Shown here in pieces: positions 47,030 to 58,880 of a DNA stretch of 64,000 nucleotides. The notes beneath the pieces are model-generated. The model was not told the origin of the DNA and searched no databases. It saw only the letters and a program-made list of their open reading frames with translations. The translations under genes were made by a program, and so were the position numbers. The DNA is from Halomonas sp. HL-48. Lineage in GTDB: Bacteria; Pseudomonadota; Gammaproteobacteria; Pseudomonadales; Halomonadaceae. The stretch spans positions 276-64,275 of the forward strand of contig LJZS01000019.1 in the NCBI GenBank assembly GCA_001314875.1, written 5' to 3'. Position 1 is the stretch's first letter. Each line of letters starts with the position of its first letter.

Positions 47030-47869
47030 TCAGAAGTGAGTCAGTGTTTTCTCTTCAGCTTTGGCCGACTGCCAGTGGGCTTCCATCTCGTCCAAGGAAG
47101 CCTCAGCCAGCGGACGCCCCGCGCCTGCAAGGGCACCCTCGACGTAGCGAAAGCGCCGTTCGAACTTGGCATTGGTGGCGCGCAGACACTGCTCGGGATC
47201 GGCCCCGAGGGTGCGCGCCAGATTGGTCACGGCAAACAGCAGGTCGCCGACCTCTTCATGGGCGTGCTGCTGATCGCCGGCGGCGAGGGCTTCTTCCACC
47301 TCATCGAGCTCTTCACGTATCTTGGCCAGCACGCCCCGGGAATCGGGCCAGTCAAACCCCACCCGCGCAGCGCGCTTGGAAAGCTTGGCGGCCCGACTGA
47401 GGGCCGGCAGGGTGCGCGGCACGTCATCGAGCACCGAGGGCGGCTGGTCGGCGCGCTCGGCGCGTTCCTCGGCCTTCAATGCCTCCCAGCGGTTATTAAC
47501 CTGCCGGGTCTGCACGTCGTCGGCATTGACGCCCGGCGGCCGGCGCGACGCCAGGGTGCCGTCGGGAAACACATGCGGGTGGCGACGCAGCATCTTGGCG
47601 GTGAGCGTGTCGACGATGTCGTGGAAGTCAAAGCGCTGTTCTTCCGCGGCAAACTGGGCGTAGTAGACCACCTGAAACAGCAGGTCGCCCAGTTCGCCGG
47701 GCAGCTCGTCGAACGCACGCCGCTCGATGGCGTCGGCCACTTCGTAGGCTTCTTCAAGGGTATGAGGGACGATGCTGTCCCAATCCTGCTTGATGTCCCA
47801 GGGGCAGCCCTGCTCGCGGTCGCGGAGCACGCGCATCAGGGTAAGCAGATCGTCCAGCGAGTAGCGCAT
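47030..47869 (-). CDS. mazG: Nucleoside triphosphate pyrophosphohydrolase MazG
   Basis: Tandem MazG domains (EEAYEVADAI, EEVGDLLF). ATGA overlap with the relA stop, as in enterobacterial relA-mazG. Confidence 0.9.
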   Translation of the reverse strand: MRYSLDDLLTLMRVLRDREQGCPWDIKQDWDSIVPHTLEEAYEVADAIERRAFDELPGELGDLLFQVVYYAQFAAEEQRFDFHDIVDTLTAKMLRRHPHVFPDGTLASRRPPGVNADDVQTRQVNNRWEALKAEERAERADQPPSVLDDVPRTLPALSRAAKLSKRAARVGFDWPDSRGVLAKIREELDEVEEALAAGDQQHAHEEVGDLLFAVTNLARTLGADPEQCLRATNAKFERRFRYVEGALAGAGRPLAEASLDEMEAHWQSAKAEEKTLTHF

Positions 47870-50145
47870 CAGGCCCCTCCTCCACGGATATTCTTGTCAG
47901 GGTCGGTATCGCGCAGACGGCGCACCTCGGTAACGTTGGGCAGCTGCTGAATACGCGAGAACAGCCGACCCAGCGCTTCCAGGCCATCGACTTCCAGAGT
48001 GATGCGCAGGCGGGCAATGCCTTCGTCGGTATCGGTCAGCGTATTGACCGCCAGGACGTTGACCTTTTCATTGCCTAGCAAGCCGGTGACATCGCGCAGC
48101 AGGCCCGAGCGGTCCCAGGCTTGAATCTCGATGGTTACCGGATAGCGCGTCTGGGCACGCTCGCCCCATTCCACTTCGATGATGCGCTGGGGCTCATCCA
48201 GGCGCAATTGCAGAATGTTACTGCAGTCCTGGCGGTGCACGGTGACGCCGCGCCCCTGGGTAATGAAGCCGACAATCGGCTCGCCGGGAACCGGCCGACA
48301 GCAGTTGGCCATGCTGGTCTTGAGATTGCCCACCCCGAGCACGGTAATGTCACTTTTGGTCGCCTTGCTGGACTGGCGCTTGGGCTTAGCCAACAGGCGA
48401 TCGAGCTGTTCCTGGTCGTCGGATTCGCCAAACAGCTGCTGGGCCTGGTTGAGCACCTGGCCGATACGCAGATCGCCGGCGCCCAGCGCCGCGTACATAT
48501 CGTCTGCCGTCTGATAGTTGACGGCTTTCGCCAGTTTGGGAAGGTCCAGCCCCTCGACGTCAAGGCGGCGCATTTCGCGTTCAAACAGCGCGCGGCCTTC
48601 ATCGAGGTTCTGATCGCGCGCCTGATACTTGAACCAAGCCTGAATCTTCGCCCGGGCGCGGGAGGTGCGCACGTAACCCAGACTGGGGTTCAGCCAGTCG
48701 CGGCTGGGCCCGCCCTTGGTGGCCGTCAGAATCTCGACCTGCTGGCCGGTTTTCAGCTTGTAGGTCAGCGGCACGATGCGGCCGTTGATCTTGGCGCCTC
48801 GGCAGCGGTGGCCAATTTCGGTATGCACGCGGTAGGCAAAGTCAATCGGCGTGGCGATACGCGGCAGGTCGATCACATGGCCGTCGGGGGTAAACACGTA
48901 GATGCGATCCGGCGCCACATCGCTTGACAGCCCTTCGCGCAGGTCGCCAAAGCCGCCGACTTCGTCCTGCCACTCCAGCACCTGACGCAGCCAGGCGATC
49001 TTTTCCTCGTAGCTGCGGCTCTTGGCGTTGGTGTCGTGGCCTTTGTAGCGCCAGTGGGCACAGACACCCAGCTCGGCTTCGTCGTGCATGGCAAAGGTGC
49101 GAATCTGGATTTCAAGCACCTTGTTTTCAGGGCCCATCACGGCGGTGTGCAGCGATTGATAGCCGTTCTTCTTGGGGTTGGCGATGTAGTCGTCGAACTC
49201 GTTGGGCACGTGATGCCAGCGCGAGTGAATAATGCCCAGCACGGTGTAGCAGTCGGTGACTTCTGGCACCAGAATGCGCACCGCGCGGACGTCGTGAACC
49301 TGGGAAAAATCGATCCGCTTACGCTTCATTTTGCGCCAGATCGAATAGATGTGTTTGGCCCGGCCGTCCACGTCGTAGTGGTTGATGTGCTGGGCTTCCA
49401 TCAGGGCTTTGATCGTTTCCACTACATCGTGAATATAACGGTCGCGGTCCAGGCGTTTCTCGGCCAAAAGCTTGGCAATCGCTTTGTACTCGTCCTCGTG
49501 GAGGTAGCGAAAGGAAAGGTCCTCGAGCTCCCACTTGATCTGCCCGATACCCAGCCGGTGCGCCAGCGGCGCGTAGATATCGGCGACTTCCCGGGCCACC
49601 TGGAGGCACTTTTCCCTGGGCGCATCCTTGACCTGGCGCAGCGCACAGGTGCGCTCGGCAATCTTGATCAGGGCAACCCGCACGTCGCCGATCATGTTGA
49701 CCAGCATCTTGCGCAGGTTTTCCTGCTGGTTGTGCTGGCCCATGCCATGGTTGGGCGCCAGGGGATAGCTGATCGCGGCCATCTGCAGGACCCCATCAAT
49801 CAGGCTGGCCACTTCGTCGCCAAACCGCTTGGTCACCGTTTCCAGGCTCAACAGGCCTTCACGCACCGCACGGTAGAGAACCGCGGCTTCCAGGGTCGAC
49901 TGATCGAGCTTCAACTCACCCAGAATGTCGGCCATTTCCAGGCCCATGCGAAAGCTCGACCCCGGCGTCAGCCAGACGCGATGCGACCGGGGAGCGTCCA
50001 GCTCCAGGGTCTGGGCGAGCTCGCAGGCCTGATGCAAACGCTCAGGCTCCGGAAGGCGCACATCTTCTTGCAGGCGCGTTAACCATTGCTGCAGGTCCAC
50101 CTTTCCGCTGTCGGTTAGCGGCTGGTCTTCACGCACTTTTACCAT
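47869..50145 (-). CDS. relA: GTP pyrophosphokinase RelA
   Basis: 758 aa with RelA/SpoT synthetase domain, TGS and ACT regions, in rlmD-relA-mazG context. Confidence 0.95.
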   Translation of the reverse strand: MVKVREDQPLTDSGKVDLQQWLTRLQEDVRLPEPERLHQACELAQTLELDAPRSHRVWLTPGSSFRMGLEMADILGELKLDQSTLEAAVLYRAVREGLLSLETVTKRFGDEVASLIDGVLQMAAISYPLAPNHGMGQHNQQENLRKMLVNMIGDVRVALIKIAERTCALRQVKDAPREKCLQVAREVADIYAPLAHRLGIGQIKWELEDLSFRYLHEDEYKAIAKLLAEKRLDRDRYIHDVVETIKALMEAQHINHYDVDGRAKHIYSIWRKMKRKRIDFSQVHDVRAVRILVPEVTDCYTVLGIIHSRWHHVPNEFDDYIANPKKNGYQSLHTAVMGPENKVLEIQIRTFAMHDEAELGVCAHWRYKGHDTNAKSRSYEEKIAWLRQVLEWQDEVGGFGDLREGLSSDVAPDRIYVFTPDGHVIDLPRIATPIDFAYRVHTEIGHRCRGAKINGRIVPLTYKLKTGQQVEILTATKGGPSRDWLNPSLGYVRTSRARAKIQAWFKYQARDQNLDEGRALFEREMRRLDVEGLDLPKLAKAVNYQTADDMYAALGAGDLRIGQVLNQAQQLFGESDDQEQLDRLLAKPKRQSSKATKSDITVLGVGNLKTSMANCCRPVPGEPIVGFITQGRGVTVHRQDCSNILQLRLDEPQRIIEVEWGERAQTRYPVTIEIQAWDRSGLLRDVTGLLGNEKVNVLAVNTLTDTDEGIARLRITLEVDGLEALGRLFSRIQQLPNVTEVRRLRDTDPDKNIRGGGA

Positions 50146-50205
50146 GACGATATCTCATCCTTTCGAGGCAGCGGCTTGTGAGTTCGCTGCCGAGGCTAAC
50201 TGCGT

Positions 50206-51609
50206 TTACTCACACCCCGTGTGTTCAAACAGCATCAGCGTTTCCATATGGGCAGTGTGCATGAACATATCAGCCACTGCGACTTGCGCAATACGGTAAC
50301 CCGCATGCACAAGGTGTGCCGCATCACGGGCAAGCGTGGCAGGATCGCAGGAAATATACACCACCCTGGCCACCGGACGGCACGCCAGCTCCTGACAGAT
50401 CGCTTCTGCACCGCTGCGCGGTGGATCAAGCACCAGCGCGTCCCTGTCGCCTTCGTCGCGCAGCAGCGTGGCAACGGTCGTGGGATCGCTAAGATCCAGC
50501 TGCTGACCGGAGACGCTCAACTGATTGCGTTCGGCGTTACTGGCCAGCCTTGCCACCATGGCGGGGCTGCCCTCCACCGCATGAACGTCGGCGCCGGCCG
50601 CCGCCAACGGCAGACTGAAGTTACCAATGCCGGCAAATAAATCCATCAGCCGTTGGTCGGGGTAAGGCGTCAACCAGTCAACGACCGTGGGGACCATTTG
50701 CTGGTTCACCCCGGCGTTCACCTGTAGGAAGTCGCCCGGGGCAAAGGTTAGCGTCAGGGGCGGACTGCCAGGGATCTCTAGGCGCTCTTCCAGCGGCGGT
50801 GGCGCACCATGCCAGTGCAATTCCGGCGACTCCCGCCCTAACCAGGTGCCCAACGCCAGCTCATGCTGCTCGGCAAACGCCTGCCAGCGCTCGGCGTCCG
50901 CAGCGTTGGCCTTGAGTTGACGGACCAATACCACCCGTTGGGTGTCCGTCGCCAGCAGCTCGATATGCCCGACATGGCGCGGCGCCTCCAGGGCGTTGAG
51001 CAAGCCGCGTAACGGGGTAATCAGTGCCTGCAGCGGTTCCACCAGCACCAGACAGCTTTCGATATCGACCAGCCGATGGGAATGGGCAGCGCGAAAACCT
51101 AGCCGCGGGTGGCCGTCGCCATCAACCTTGACGCCCAGGCGGGCCCGCCGCCGGTAGCCCTGCGCCTCACCGTACAGCGATGCCATCGCGCCGAGGGTGA
51201 TGCCCTGACGGGCAAACAGGTCGCGCACCACATTCTCTTTATGCGCCCGCTGGGAAGCCACGGCCAGGTGCTGTAAATCGCAGCCGCCACAGTGGCTGAA
51301 ATGCGGGCACGGCGGTGAGACGCGCTCCGCCGAGGGGCTAAGCACCTGCTTCACATGCGCTTCGTCATAGCGCTTGCGGGTCAGGTGAACGGCCACCTCC
51401 ACGCGTTCGCCGGGAAGCGCCTGATCAATAAAGACCGTCTTGCCATTGGCGGTATGCGCCACCCCACGCCCGTCATGGGCCAGCCGTTCAACGACCAGGG
51501 CGGAGGCGTCCTGGGTCGACGGGGGCGATGGCTTGGCGGCTTGCTGACGGGCCAGCCCGGAATGCCCTGAGGCAGGCCGAGGGGGCCGGCGTTTTCCCAA
51601 CATGGCCAT
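50206..51609 (-). CDS. rlmD: 23S rRNA (uracil1939-C5)-methyltransferase
   Basis: TRAM-like N-terminus, a Cys cluster CPHFSHCGGC (Fe-S), and SAM-MTase motifs DLFAGIGNF and DPPRSG. Confidence 0.9.
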   Translation of the reverse strand: MAMLGKRRPPRPASGHSGLARQQAAKPSPPSTQDASALVVERLAHDGRGVAHTANGKTVFIDQALPGERVEVAVHLTRKRYDEAHVKQVLSPSAERVSPPCPHFSHCGGCDLQHLAVASQRAHKENVVRDLFARQGITLGAMASLYGEAQGYRRRARLGVKVDGDGHPRLGFRAAHSHRLVDIESCLVLVEPLQALITPLRGLLNALEAPRHVGHIELLATDTQRVVLVRQLKANAADAERWQAFAEQHELALGTWLGRESPELHWHGAPPPLEERLEIPGSPPLTLTFAPGDFLQVNAGVNQQMVPTVVDWLTPYPDQRLMDLFAGIGNFSLPLAAAGADVHAVEGSPAMVARLASNAERNQLSVSGQQLDLSDPTTVATLLRDEGDRDALVLDPPRSGAEAICQELACRPVARVVYISCDPATLARDAAHLVHAGYRIAQVAVADMFMHTAHMETLMLFEHTGCE

Positions 51610-52506
51610 CTATACCTCCGGGGCAAACAGGCCCGTGGAAAGGTAACGATCTCCGCGATCGCAGACGATAAACACGATGACCGCATTCTCGGTTTCTTCG
51701 GCAATCCGCAGCGCGCCGGCCAGGCTGCCCCCCGACGACACCCCGGCAAAGATGCCTTCCTCACGTGCTAAGCGACGCATATGTTCCTCGGCTTCGTGCT
51801 GGGCGATATCCAGCGTTCTATCCACGCGCGGCGCTTCGAAAATCGCCGGCAGATATTCCTTCGGCCAACGGCGGATGCCGGGAATGCTCGCCCCATCGGC
51901 GGGCTGCAGGCCGACAATCTGGATCGCCGGGTTCTGTTCTTTCAGGTAGCGCGACACTCCCATGATGGTCCCGGTGGTGCCCATGGAGCTGACAAAGTGG
52001 GTCACTTCTCCGCCGGTTTGCCGCCATACTTCGGGGCCGGTGGTGCGGTAGTGAGCCAGAGGGTTATCCGGGTTGGCAAACTGATTGAGCGGTTTGCCTT
52101 CGCCACGGGCAATCATGCCTTCGGCGATATCGCGGGCTTCTTCCATGCCGCCTTCTTTGCTCGCCGAGACCAGCTTCGCCCCAAAGGCGGCCATCGCCTG
52201 CTTGCGCTCCTCGGACGCGTTCTCCGGCATGATCAGCACCATCTTGTAGCCCTTCATCGCCGCGGCCATGGCCAGGGCAATGCCGGTATTGCCCGACGTG
52301 GCTTCGATCAGCGTGTCGCCGGGGGTAATCTCGCCCCGCGCTTCGGCTTCGCTGAGCATTGACAGCGCCGGGCGGTCTTTCACCGAACCCGCCGGGTTAT
52401 TGCCTTCCAGTTTCGCAAGCAGGGTATTGTTACGCCCGGCACTGATCCGCTTCAGGCGGACTAGAGGCGTATTGCCAACCACCTCTTCTAACGTGGGATA
52501 ATCCAT
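51610..52506 (-). CDS. cysM: Cysteine synthase B
   Basis: GNTPLVRL, NPAGSVKDRPA (PLP lysine) and SSGNTG-type motifs. Confidence 0.9.
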   Translation of the reverse strand: MDYPTLEEVVGNTPLVRLKRISAGRNNTLLAKLEGNNPAGSVKDRPALSMLSEAEARGEITPGDTLIEATSGNTGIALAMAAAMKGYKMVLIMPENASEERKQAMAAFGAKLVSASKEGGMEEARDIAEGMIARGEGKPLNQFANPDNPLAHYRTTGPEVWRQTGGEVTHFVSSMGTTGTIMGVSRYLKEQNPAIQIVGLQPADGASIPGIRRWPKEYLPAIFEAPRVDRTLDIAQHEAEEHMRRLAREEGIFAGVSSGGSLAGALRIAEETENAVIVFIVCDRGDRYLSTGLFAPEV

Positions 52507-52599
52507 CGTATCGATTCCTTATCATGACCGTTACCCTGCATTATATCGGTGCTACCGTACACTGGACAGGTAACCCTCTTGAATCAGCAGGCTGCTTTC

Positions 52600-55287
52600 A
52601 TGTCTTTGAACACGCGACTTCTTTTTGCGCTGCTTGGTCTTCCCCTCGTGGTGTATGCCTGCATGGCGATACTACTCGTTCTGCAAAACGACCATAAAGC
52701 CCAAGAGCTCCTGGAAGAGCGCGTCGTCAGCGCCAGCGAAAACATTGCGCCGAGCATGGCAGAAGCGCTGATGGACACCGATATCGACCAGTTGGAGCGC
52801 CACGTCGCGCGGCTACTCGACCAGTCGGGTGTTAGCTCGGTGACCGTGCTTGACGACCAGAACAGCCGCCTGTTGGTGCGTGGACGCACCCACCAGACCT
52901 CGCGGCTTTCCTCCCCGCCCGAGACCACACAGCTGGTAACCGACAATAACGTCTGGCGCTTGCAGATGCCCCTCGAACTCCCGGCCGTGGGTAGCGAGAC
53001 CACCACCCGGGCAGGATGGTTGGACGCCACGATCGACACCAGCTCGCTCAATCTGGCCCGCTACCAGATGATCGCCAGCTTGAGCCTCGGGGGAATGCTG
53101 CTTGGGCTATGCCTGTTCCTGATTGCCTTTGCCATCAGCCGCTATGCCACCCGCCCCATCGAATACGCCAGCCACGCCCTCTATCGCCTGTCACGCGGCG
53201 ACTATGAGCAGACGATCACGTCCCACAACACCGCTGAGCTCAATCAGCTTGCCAAGCAGATCAAGGCGCTGGCGGCGCACCTTCAGCAGTCTCAATACGA
53301 TATGCAGTCGCAGATCGAGCAGGCAACCAGCGAACTGCAGGAGTCCATGGAGACGATCGAAGAGCAGAATATCAAGCTCGACCTGGCCCACCGCAGCGCC
53401 GTGCGCGCTAACACCGTCAAATCCGAGTTCCTGGCCAACATGAGCCACGAAATCCGCACACCGCTCAACGGCATCATCGGTTTTTGCCGCCTGCTGGGCC
53501 GCTCTTCCCTTGACGACCGCCAGCGCGACTGGCTCCAGCACGTTCACCGCGCCTGCGATAACCTGCTCATGCTGGTCAACGACGTCCTCGATTTTTCCAA
53601 GCTCGAAGCCAACCGGTTGACGCTGGAAGAGGCCGACATCGACGTCGTGACCCTGGTAGACGAAATCCTCGGCCTGCATGCCCCCGAAGCCCAGCGCAAG
53701 CATCTTCACCTGGTCGCCATGGTGTACGACGACGTGCCCACCCCGCTGTGCGGCGACCCCTTGAGGCTGCACCAGGTACTCAATAACCTGATCAGCAACG
53801 CCCTGAAGTTTACCCAGCAGGGCGACGTGGTCGTGCGGGTGATGCTCGAGCACTTTGCGGGCAAGCACGTCGTGCTGAACATCAGCGTCAGCGATACGGG
53901 CATCGGTCTGAGCGAGGAGCACCAACAGCAGCTGTTCAGCGCCTTTTCCCAGGCCGAACCCAGCCACCCACGCCAGTTCGGCGGCAGCGGCCTTGGCTTG
54001 ACGATATGTCGACAGCTCATTCATCGCATGGGCGGTGAAATCAGCGTCGAAAGCGAGCTCGACAAAGGCACCACCTTCTCGTTCACCCTGCCGCTGCAGG
54101 CGCATCATGCCGACGAACGCAGCTCAGAGCTATTGCTCGATGGCCCGATCATTGGTGTTCATGAGCCCCACACCACCACGCGGCATGTGCTCGAGCACCT
54201 GCTGCAACGCTGGGGGGCCATCCCCGTGGGGCTGGCAAGCGACACAGACTGCGATCTGGTGTTGATCAGCCTCGACCGCGATGACCTGCAGGACACGGCG
54301 ATTGCCGACTGGCAGGCGTTTATTCACGCCGCACAATGCCCGGCGCTGGTGCTCGTCAACGGCTCCAGCTTTGAGCTTCCAAAGCTCGACTTTCCGTTTA
54401 AAGGCGAGCTGCTCTGTAAACCATTTACCCGTGCGCAGCTGGTAGCTTCGCTGACCCACCTGCTGGTACCGGTGGGCGAGCCGCGACCGCTGCCAGCCAC
54501 CAGCGTCGCGCCCCCCGTCGCCAATGAAGATCACCGGCTGCTGGTGGTCGATGACAACACCTCCAATCGTCAGTTGCTCAGTGCCTTGCTCGAAGCACCC
54601 GGACGGCATATCACCCTGGCGGAAAGTGGCCAGCGGGCGATCGAGATCGGTCGCGAACACACCTTCGATCTGGTCTTTATGGATATTCGCATGCCTGGGA
54701 TGGACGGTGTGCAGACCACTCAGGCGCTGCGACGCCTGAGCACCCGCTGGGGCCGCTGCCCAATCGTGGCGGTCACCGCTCACGCCCTCAACAGCGAACG
54801 GCAGCGCTGGCTGGCAGAAGGACTCGACGACGTGATCATCAAACCCATCGATGAACATGATCTGAATCAGCTGCTCAGTCGTTTCTTGGGCATCACGCCG
54901 ACGCAAGCCCCGCCGCCGGTCAAGAAACCCCTGCCGAGTGGCAATTCCGCCACCCTGCCGGCGATCGACCTGACCCTGGGTGCCCGCCTCGCGGGGGGCA
55001 AGGAAGACCTTGCGCGCGCGCAGCTGAGACGCTTGATCGATCATCTGCCTGCCACCCGGGACACCATGGACGCCGCTTATCAGCAGCGCGATCTGGAAGC
55101 GCTGCTCGACAGCGTCCACGGGCTGAACGGTGCCAGCCGCTACTGCGGCGCACCAGAGTTGGCATTGATCGTCGAAACGCTGGAAACCCGGCTACGCACT
55201 AGCGGGCTGGACCACGTGGACACGCTGATTCAGGATCTTTATCAGGCGATGGACAAGCTCATTGCCCAGCGTGGCACGCTTGGTTAG
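52600..55287 (+). CDS. barA: Hybrid sensor kinase BarA/GacS (HAMP-HisKA-HATPase-REC-HPt)
   Basis: H-box [14 protein letters not shown], the G-boxes, a receiver domain ([14 protein letters not shown]), and a C-terminal HPt ([17 protein letters not shown]). It lies next to rlmD-relA as in E. coli. The ATG at 52600 is preferred. Confidence 0.85.
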   Translation: MSLNTRLLFALLGLPLVVYACMAILLVLQNDHKAQELLEERVVSASENIAPSMAEALMDTDIDQLERHVARLLDQSGVSSVTVLDDQNSRLLVRGRTHQTSRLSSPPETTQLVTDNNVWRLQMPLELPAVGSETTTRAGWLDATIDTSSLNLARYQMIASLSLGGMLLGLCLFLIAFAISRYATRPIEYASHALYRLSRGDYEQTITSHNTAELNQLAKQIKALAAHLQQSQYDMQSQIEQATSELQESMETIEEQNIKLDLAHRSAVRANTVKSEFLANMSHEIRTPLNGIIGFCRLLGRSSLDDRQRDWLQHVHRACDNLLMLVNDVLDFSKLEANRLTLEEADIDVVTLVDEILGLHAPEAQRKHLHLVAMVYDDVPTPLCGDPLRLHQVLNNLISNALKFTQQGDVVVRVMLEHFAGKHVVLNISVSDTGIGLSEEHQQQLFSAFSQAEPSHPRQFGGSGLGLTICRQLIHRMGGEISVESELDKGTTFSFTLPLQAHHADERSSELLLDGPIIGVHEPHTTTRHVLEHLLQRWGAIPVGLASDTDCDLVLISLDRDDLQDTAIADWQAFIHAAQCPALVLVNGSSFELPKLDFPFKGELLCKPFTRAQLVASLTHLLVPVGEPRPLPATSVAPPVANEDHRLLVVDDNTSNRQLLSALLEAPGRHITLAESGQRAIEIGREHTFDLVFMDIRMPGMDGVQTTQALRRLSTRWGRCPIVAVTAHALNSERQRWLAEGLDDVIIKPIDEHDLNQLLSRFLGITPTQAPPPVKKPLPSGNSATLPAIDLTLGARLAGGKEDLARAQLRRLIDHLPATRDTMDAAYQQRDLEALLDSVHGLNGASRYCGAPELALIVETLETRLRTSGLDHVDTLIQDLYQAMDKLIAQRGTLG

Positions 55288-55301
55288 TAGAGATAGACGA
55301 C

Positions 55302-55679
55302 TTAACTCTCCAGCACCACAAACGCAATGGCGTAGTCGTCTTCATCGCTTAGCGTGATATGCATGGCGGTAATTCCGGCGGTCGCCGCCTTGTCGGCGGC
55401 GGCTCCGGCGAGTTTCAGGTAAGGCTTGCCCAGCGAGTCGTTGAGCACCTGAATATCGCACCACTTAAGGCCTCTGCGTAGCCCCAATCCCAGCGCCTTG
55501 ACGAAGGCTTCCTTGGCGGCGAACCGCTTGGCAATAAACGCCACCGACTGGCCCTTGTGCTGCCATACCTGATGCTCTTCGGGCCCCAGTATGCGCTGCG
55601 CGAAGCGTGGCCCATGGCGGTTCATTGCGCGGGCAAAGCGCTCCACCCGGGCGATATCCGAGCCAATCCCGACGATCAC
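55302..55679 (-). CDS. acpS: Holo-ACP synthase
   Basis: MIVGIGSDIARVERF...FAAKEAFVKALG is the canonical AcpS sequence. Confidence 0.9.
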   Translation of the reverse strand: MIVGIGSDIARVERFARAMNRHGPRFAQRILGPEEHQVWQHKGQSVAFIAKRFAAKEAFVKALGLGLRRGLKWCDIQVLNDSLGKPYLKLAGAAADKAATAGITAMHITLSDEDDYAIAFVVLES

Positions 55680-55682
55680 GGC

Positions 55683-56498
55683 TCAGTGCCCGCAGCAGCC
55701 GTCATGAACATGATCGTCATGCTCGTGATCGTGGGCGTCCAGCGCGGCCATGAGCCCCGCTTCCTGCCCCGCAATGATCAGCCGTTTCATTTCGGCAACG
55801 GCGTCTTTCAGCCCCACGAAAAGCGCGCGGGCGATGATCGCGTGGCCGATATTCAGCTCGTTGATGCCCGGCAATGCGGCGATGGCCTCGGCGTTATGGT
55901 AATGCAGCCCGTGGCCGGCATTGACCACCAGCCCCTGCGATACCGCGTGGGTGGCGGCGGCGGTCAGCCGCTGGTACTCGGCCATGGCGGTCTCGCTACC
56001 GGGGGGCGCCTCGGCAAAGGCGCCGGTGTGCAGTTCAATGACTGGCGCACCCGTGCGCTGGGCCGCGTCGATCTGCTCGGCCTCCGGGTCGATGAACAGC
56101 GACACCTCGCAGCCGGCTGCGGCAAGGCGCTGGCAGGCACTGGCAATGGCTGCAAAGCCGCCGACCACGTCGAGTCCACCTTCGGTGGTCAGTTCTTCGC
56201 GCTTCTCGGGCACCAGGCATACATGGGCGGGGCGAATCTCCTCGGCTAGGGCCAGCATTTCCTCGGTCAGCGCCATTTCCAGGTTCATGCGCGTATTGAG
56301 CACCTCGGCGAGCAGCTTTACATCGCGCAGTTGGATATGGCGGCGGTCTTCACGCAGGTGGACGGTAATGCCGTCGGCGCCGGCCTCTTCGGCCAACAGC
56401 GCGGCCTGCACGGGATCCGGATAGCGGGTGCCGCGTGCCTGACGCAGCGTGGCAATGTGATCGATGTTGACGCCTAGCAGTATCCGAGGGGGATGCAT
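55683..56498 (-). CDS. pdxJ: Pyridoxine 5'-phosphate synthase with a His/Asp-rich C-terminal tail
   Basis: [25 protein letters not shown] and ELHTG motifs. About 25 extra C-terminal residues read [18 protein letters not shown]. Confidence 0.9.
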   Translation of the reverse strand: MHPPRILLGVNIDHIATLRQARGTRYPDPVQAALLAEEAGADGITVHLREDRRHIQLRDVKLLAEVLNTRMNLEMALTEEMLALAEEIRPAHVCLVPEKREELTTEGGLDVVGGFAAIASACQRLAAAGCEVSLFIDPEAEQIDAAQRTGAPVIELHTGAFAEAPPGSETAMAEYQRLTAAATHAVSQGLVVNAGHGLHYHNAEAIAALPGINELNIGHAIIARALFVGLKDAVAEMKRLIIAGQEAGLMAALDAHDHEHDDHVHDGCCGH

Positions 56499-56529
56499 AA
56501 TAGCCTCCAGTCAAAACAGGGGTTGCCGC

Positions 56530-57222
56530 CTAACGTTGGCGGCGTTTGGCAAGGTCGAGCATCAGTTCGCGGGAGCGCAATGCCTTGGTGCCCAGGTGCG
56601 GTGCCAGCGCGGCACGCATGACGGCCTTCAAGGCGTTGGCAAGTGTCGGCTCCTGCCAGTCATGGTGATCAATATAGCGCAGGGTGCGACCGTCCAGCCC
56701 TTTGGCGGCCGGGATGAACGCCCGGCTGGCGGCATCGAACCGGTACTGGCCCTGGGGGTCGAGCGCGCCGCCGTCGGGGGTGCAGAAGCGTGGCGTGGCG
56801 TCCAACGCCTCCAGCAACGACCATTCGTAACGACGCAGGGCCAGTGCGCGCGCGGCAGGAACCGGCAAGGCTTCCAACAAGGCGGTGTAAAAGGCAAAGG
56901 CGTAACCGGCGGGAAGCTCAAGGGGCAGCAGCCGCGTGGCAATTTCATTGGCATAAAGTCCGCACAGTAGGCCTTCACCCGCCAGCAGCGCCGTCGCCCC
57001 GCGGGACTCCATCAGGGTCAGCCGCTTGAGTTCACGCTCGCCGCGCCAGGTAACCAGCAGCGGCGTAAACGGCTGCAGACGCTGACGCGATTTGGAGCTC
57101 GGCCGCTGGCCACCTTGAGCCACGGCGCGTATCCGGCCGTGATCCAGCGTCAAAAGGTCTACCAGCGCACTGGTTTCGCGGTATGGCCTGCGGTGCAGCA
57201 GGAAAGCAGGCTCCGCCGACAT
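56530..57222 (-). CDS. recO: DNA repair protein RecO
   Basis: MSAEPAFLLHRRPYRETSALVDLLT is a typical RecO N-terminus. The start at 57222 avoids overlap with era. Confidence 0.85.
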   Translation of the reverse strand: MSAEPAFLLHRRPYRETSALVDLLTLDHGRIRAVAQGGQRPSSKSRQRLQPFTPLLVTWRGERELKRLTLMESRGATALLAGEGLLCGLYANEIATRLLPLELPAGYAFAFYTALLEALPVPAARALALRRYEWSLLEALDATPRFCTPDGGALDPQGQYRFDAASRAFIPAAKGLDGRTLRYIDHHDWQEPTLANALKAVMRAALAPHLGTKALRSRELMLDLAKRRQR

Positions 57223-57230
57223 GCCGACAC

Positions 57231-58130
57231 TCAATCGAGGTCGTAGCCCAGGCTTTTCAGGGCACGCTCGTCGTCGGACCAGCCACGCTTCACCTTGACC
57301 CACAGGTTGAGCATGACTTTGGTGCCCAGCGCCCGTTCCATGTCCAGCCGGGCTTCACGGCCAATATTCTTGATGCGCTCGCCGTTCTCACCGATCAGGA
57401 TGACTTTCTGGCCCTGACGCTCGACCAGAATCAGCGCGCTGATATGCGTGACCCGCTCGGTTTCACGAAATTCTTCGATTTCGACGGTCATCTGATAGGG
57501 CAGCTCGTCGCCCAACTGGCGCATGACTTTTTCACGTACCAGTTCGGCGGCCATGAAACGCAGGCTTCTGTCGGTAATCTGGTCCTCCGGGAAGAAGTGC
57601 ACACTCTCAGGCAGGTGTTTGGCCACCTCCTCTTCCAGCGTATCCACCTGGGTGCCGTGCTTGGCCGAAATCGGCACGATCGCGGCAAATTCACGGCGCG
57701 CGCCTACATCGGCCAGCCAGGGCAGCAGATCGCCCTTGTCATTCAGCCGGTCCACCTTGTTGACCGCCAGGATGATGGGCGCTTTGACATGTTCGAGTCG
57801 TTTGAGCACCGCCTGATCTTCATCGGTCCAGCGGGTGCGATCGATAATGAACACCACGCAGTCGACGTCGCGCAATGCCTGGGTTGCCGCCTGGTTCATG
57901 AACCGGTTGATCGCTTTATTGCGATCCTTGGACATGATGTGCATGCCGGGGGTGTCGACATAGATGAACTGGGCGTCGCCTTCGGTCTTGATCCCCATGA
58001 CCTGGTGGCGCGTGGTTTGCGGCCGCCGAGAGGTGATCGAGATCTTTTGCCCCAGGATACGGTTCATCAGGGTGGATTTGCCGACGTTAGGTCGGCCGAC
58101 AATCGCAACGAATCCACAGGTTTGGCTCAT
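57231..58130 (-). CDS. era: GTPase Era
   Basis: [20 protein letters not shown] and NKVD motifs plus a KH domain. Confidence 0.95.
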   Translation of the reverse strand: MSQTCGFVAIVGRPNVGKSTLMNRILGQKISITSRRPQTTRHQVMGIKTEGDAQFIYVDTPGMHIMSKDRNKAINRFMNQAATQALRDVDCVVFIIDRTRWTDEDQAVLKRLEHVKAPIILAVNKVDRLNDKGDLLPWLADVGARREFAAIVPISAKHGTQVDTLEEEVAKHLPESVHFFPEDQITDRSLRFMAAELVREKVMRQLGDELPYQMTVEIEEFRETERVTHISALILVERQGQKVILIGENGERIKNIGREARLDMERALGTKVMLNLWVKVKRGWSDDERALKSLGYDLD

Positions 58131-58819
58131 GCATTGTCTCCAGGACGTTTTTCAAGATAAGCGAGCGCTTCTTCGGCCGCCTGCTGTTCTGCGTGGCGGC
58201 GGCTCGGGCCTTTGCCTGTGGTGTGTTCACTTAACAGGTCGATATAGCACTCCACGGTGAACGTCTGTGCATGGGCTTCCCCCTTGACGCTCACCACCTC
58301 ATAGCGCGGCAGTGCCGCCTGGCGGGACTGGAGGAACTCCTGCAGCCGCGTCTTGGGGTCTTTTTGGGTATCCTGAAGCGAGATGTTGGACAGCCGTTCA
58401 GCGTACCAGGCCAGCACGCGCTCGCGCACCGCATCCATGCCCGCATCCAGATAGATGGCGCCGATCACCGCCTCGACGGCATCCGCCAGAATCGATTCCC
58501 GGCGGTGTCCGCCGCTTTTCATTTCGCCTGAGCCTAACCGAAGGCACTCGCCAAACGTCATTTCCCTGGCCAGTTCCGCCAGCGTCTGGCCTTTGACCAG
58601 TCGCGCGCGCAGCCGAGAAAGCTGCCCTTCCCGCGCCTGGGGAAAGCGCTCATAAAGGGCTTCGGCAATGACGAAGTTGACGATGGAATCGCCCAGGAAT
58701 TCCAGGCGTTCGTTGTTGCGACCGCCGTAGCTGCGGTGGGTCATGGCCAGTTCGATCAGCGTGGCGTCGCCGAACGTATGGCCGATGCGTCGGCAAAAAG
58801 CGGTTAACGAAGTACTCAC
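58127..58819 (-). CDS. rnc: Ribonuclease III
   Basis: [10 protein letters not shown] signature plus a dsRBD. Confidence 0.95.
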   Translation of the reverse strand: MSTSLTAFCRRIGHTFGDATLIELAMTHRSYGGRNNERLEFLGDSIVNFVIAEALYERFPQAREGQLSRLRARLVKGQTLAELAREMTFGECLRLGSGEMKSGGHRRESILADAVEAVIGAIYLDAGMDAVRERVLAWYAERLSNISLQDTQKDPKTRLQEFLQSRQAALPRYEVVSVKGEAHAQTFTVECYIDLLSEHTTGKGPSRRHAEQQAAEEALAYLEKRPGDNA

Positions 58820-58880
58820 AGGGCCCCTACGTCATTGACGTTGACAAAAAAATAATGGCTAAACATGACGGCCTGCCTCA

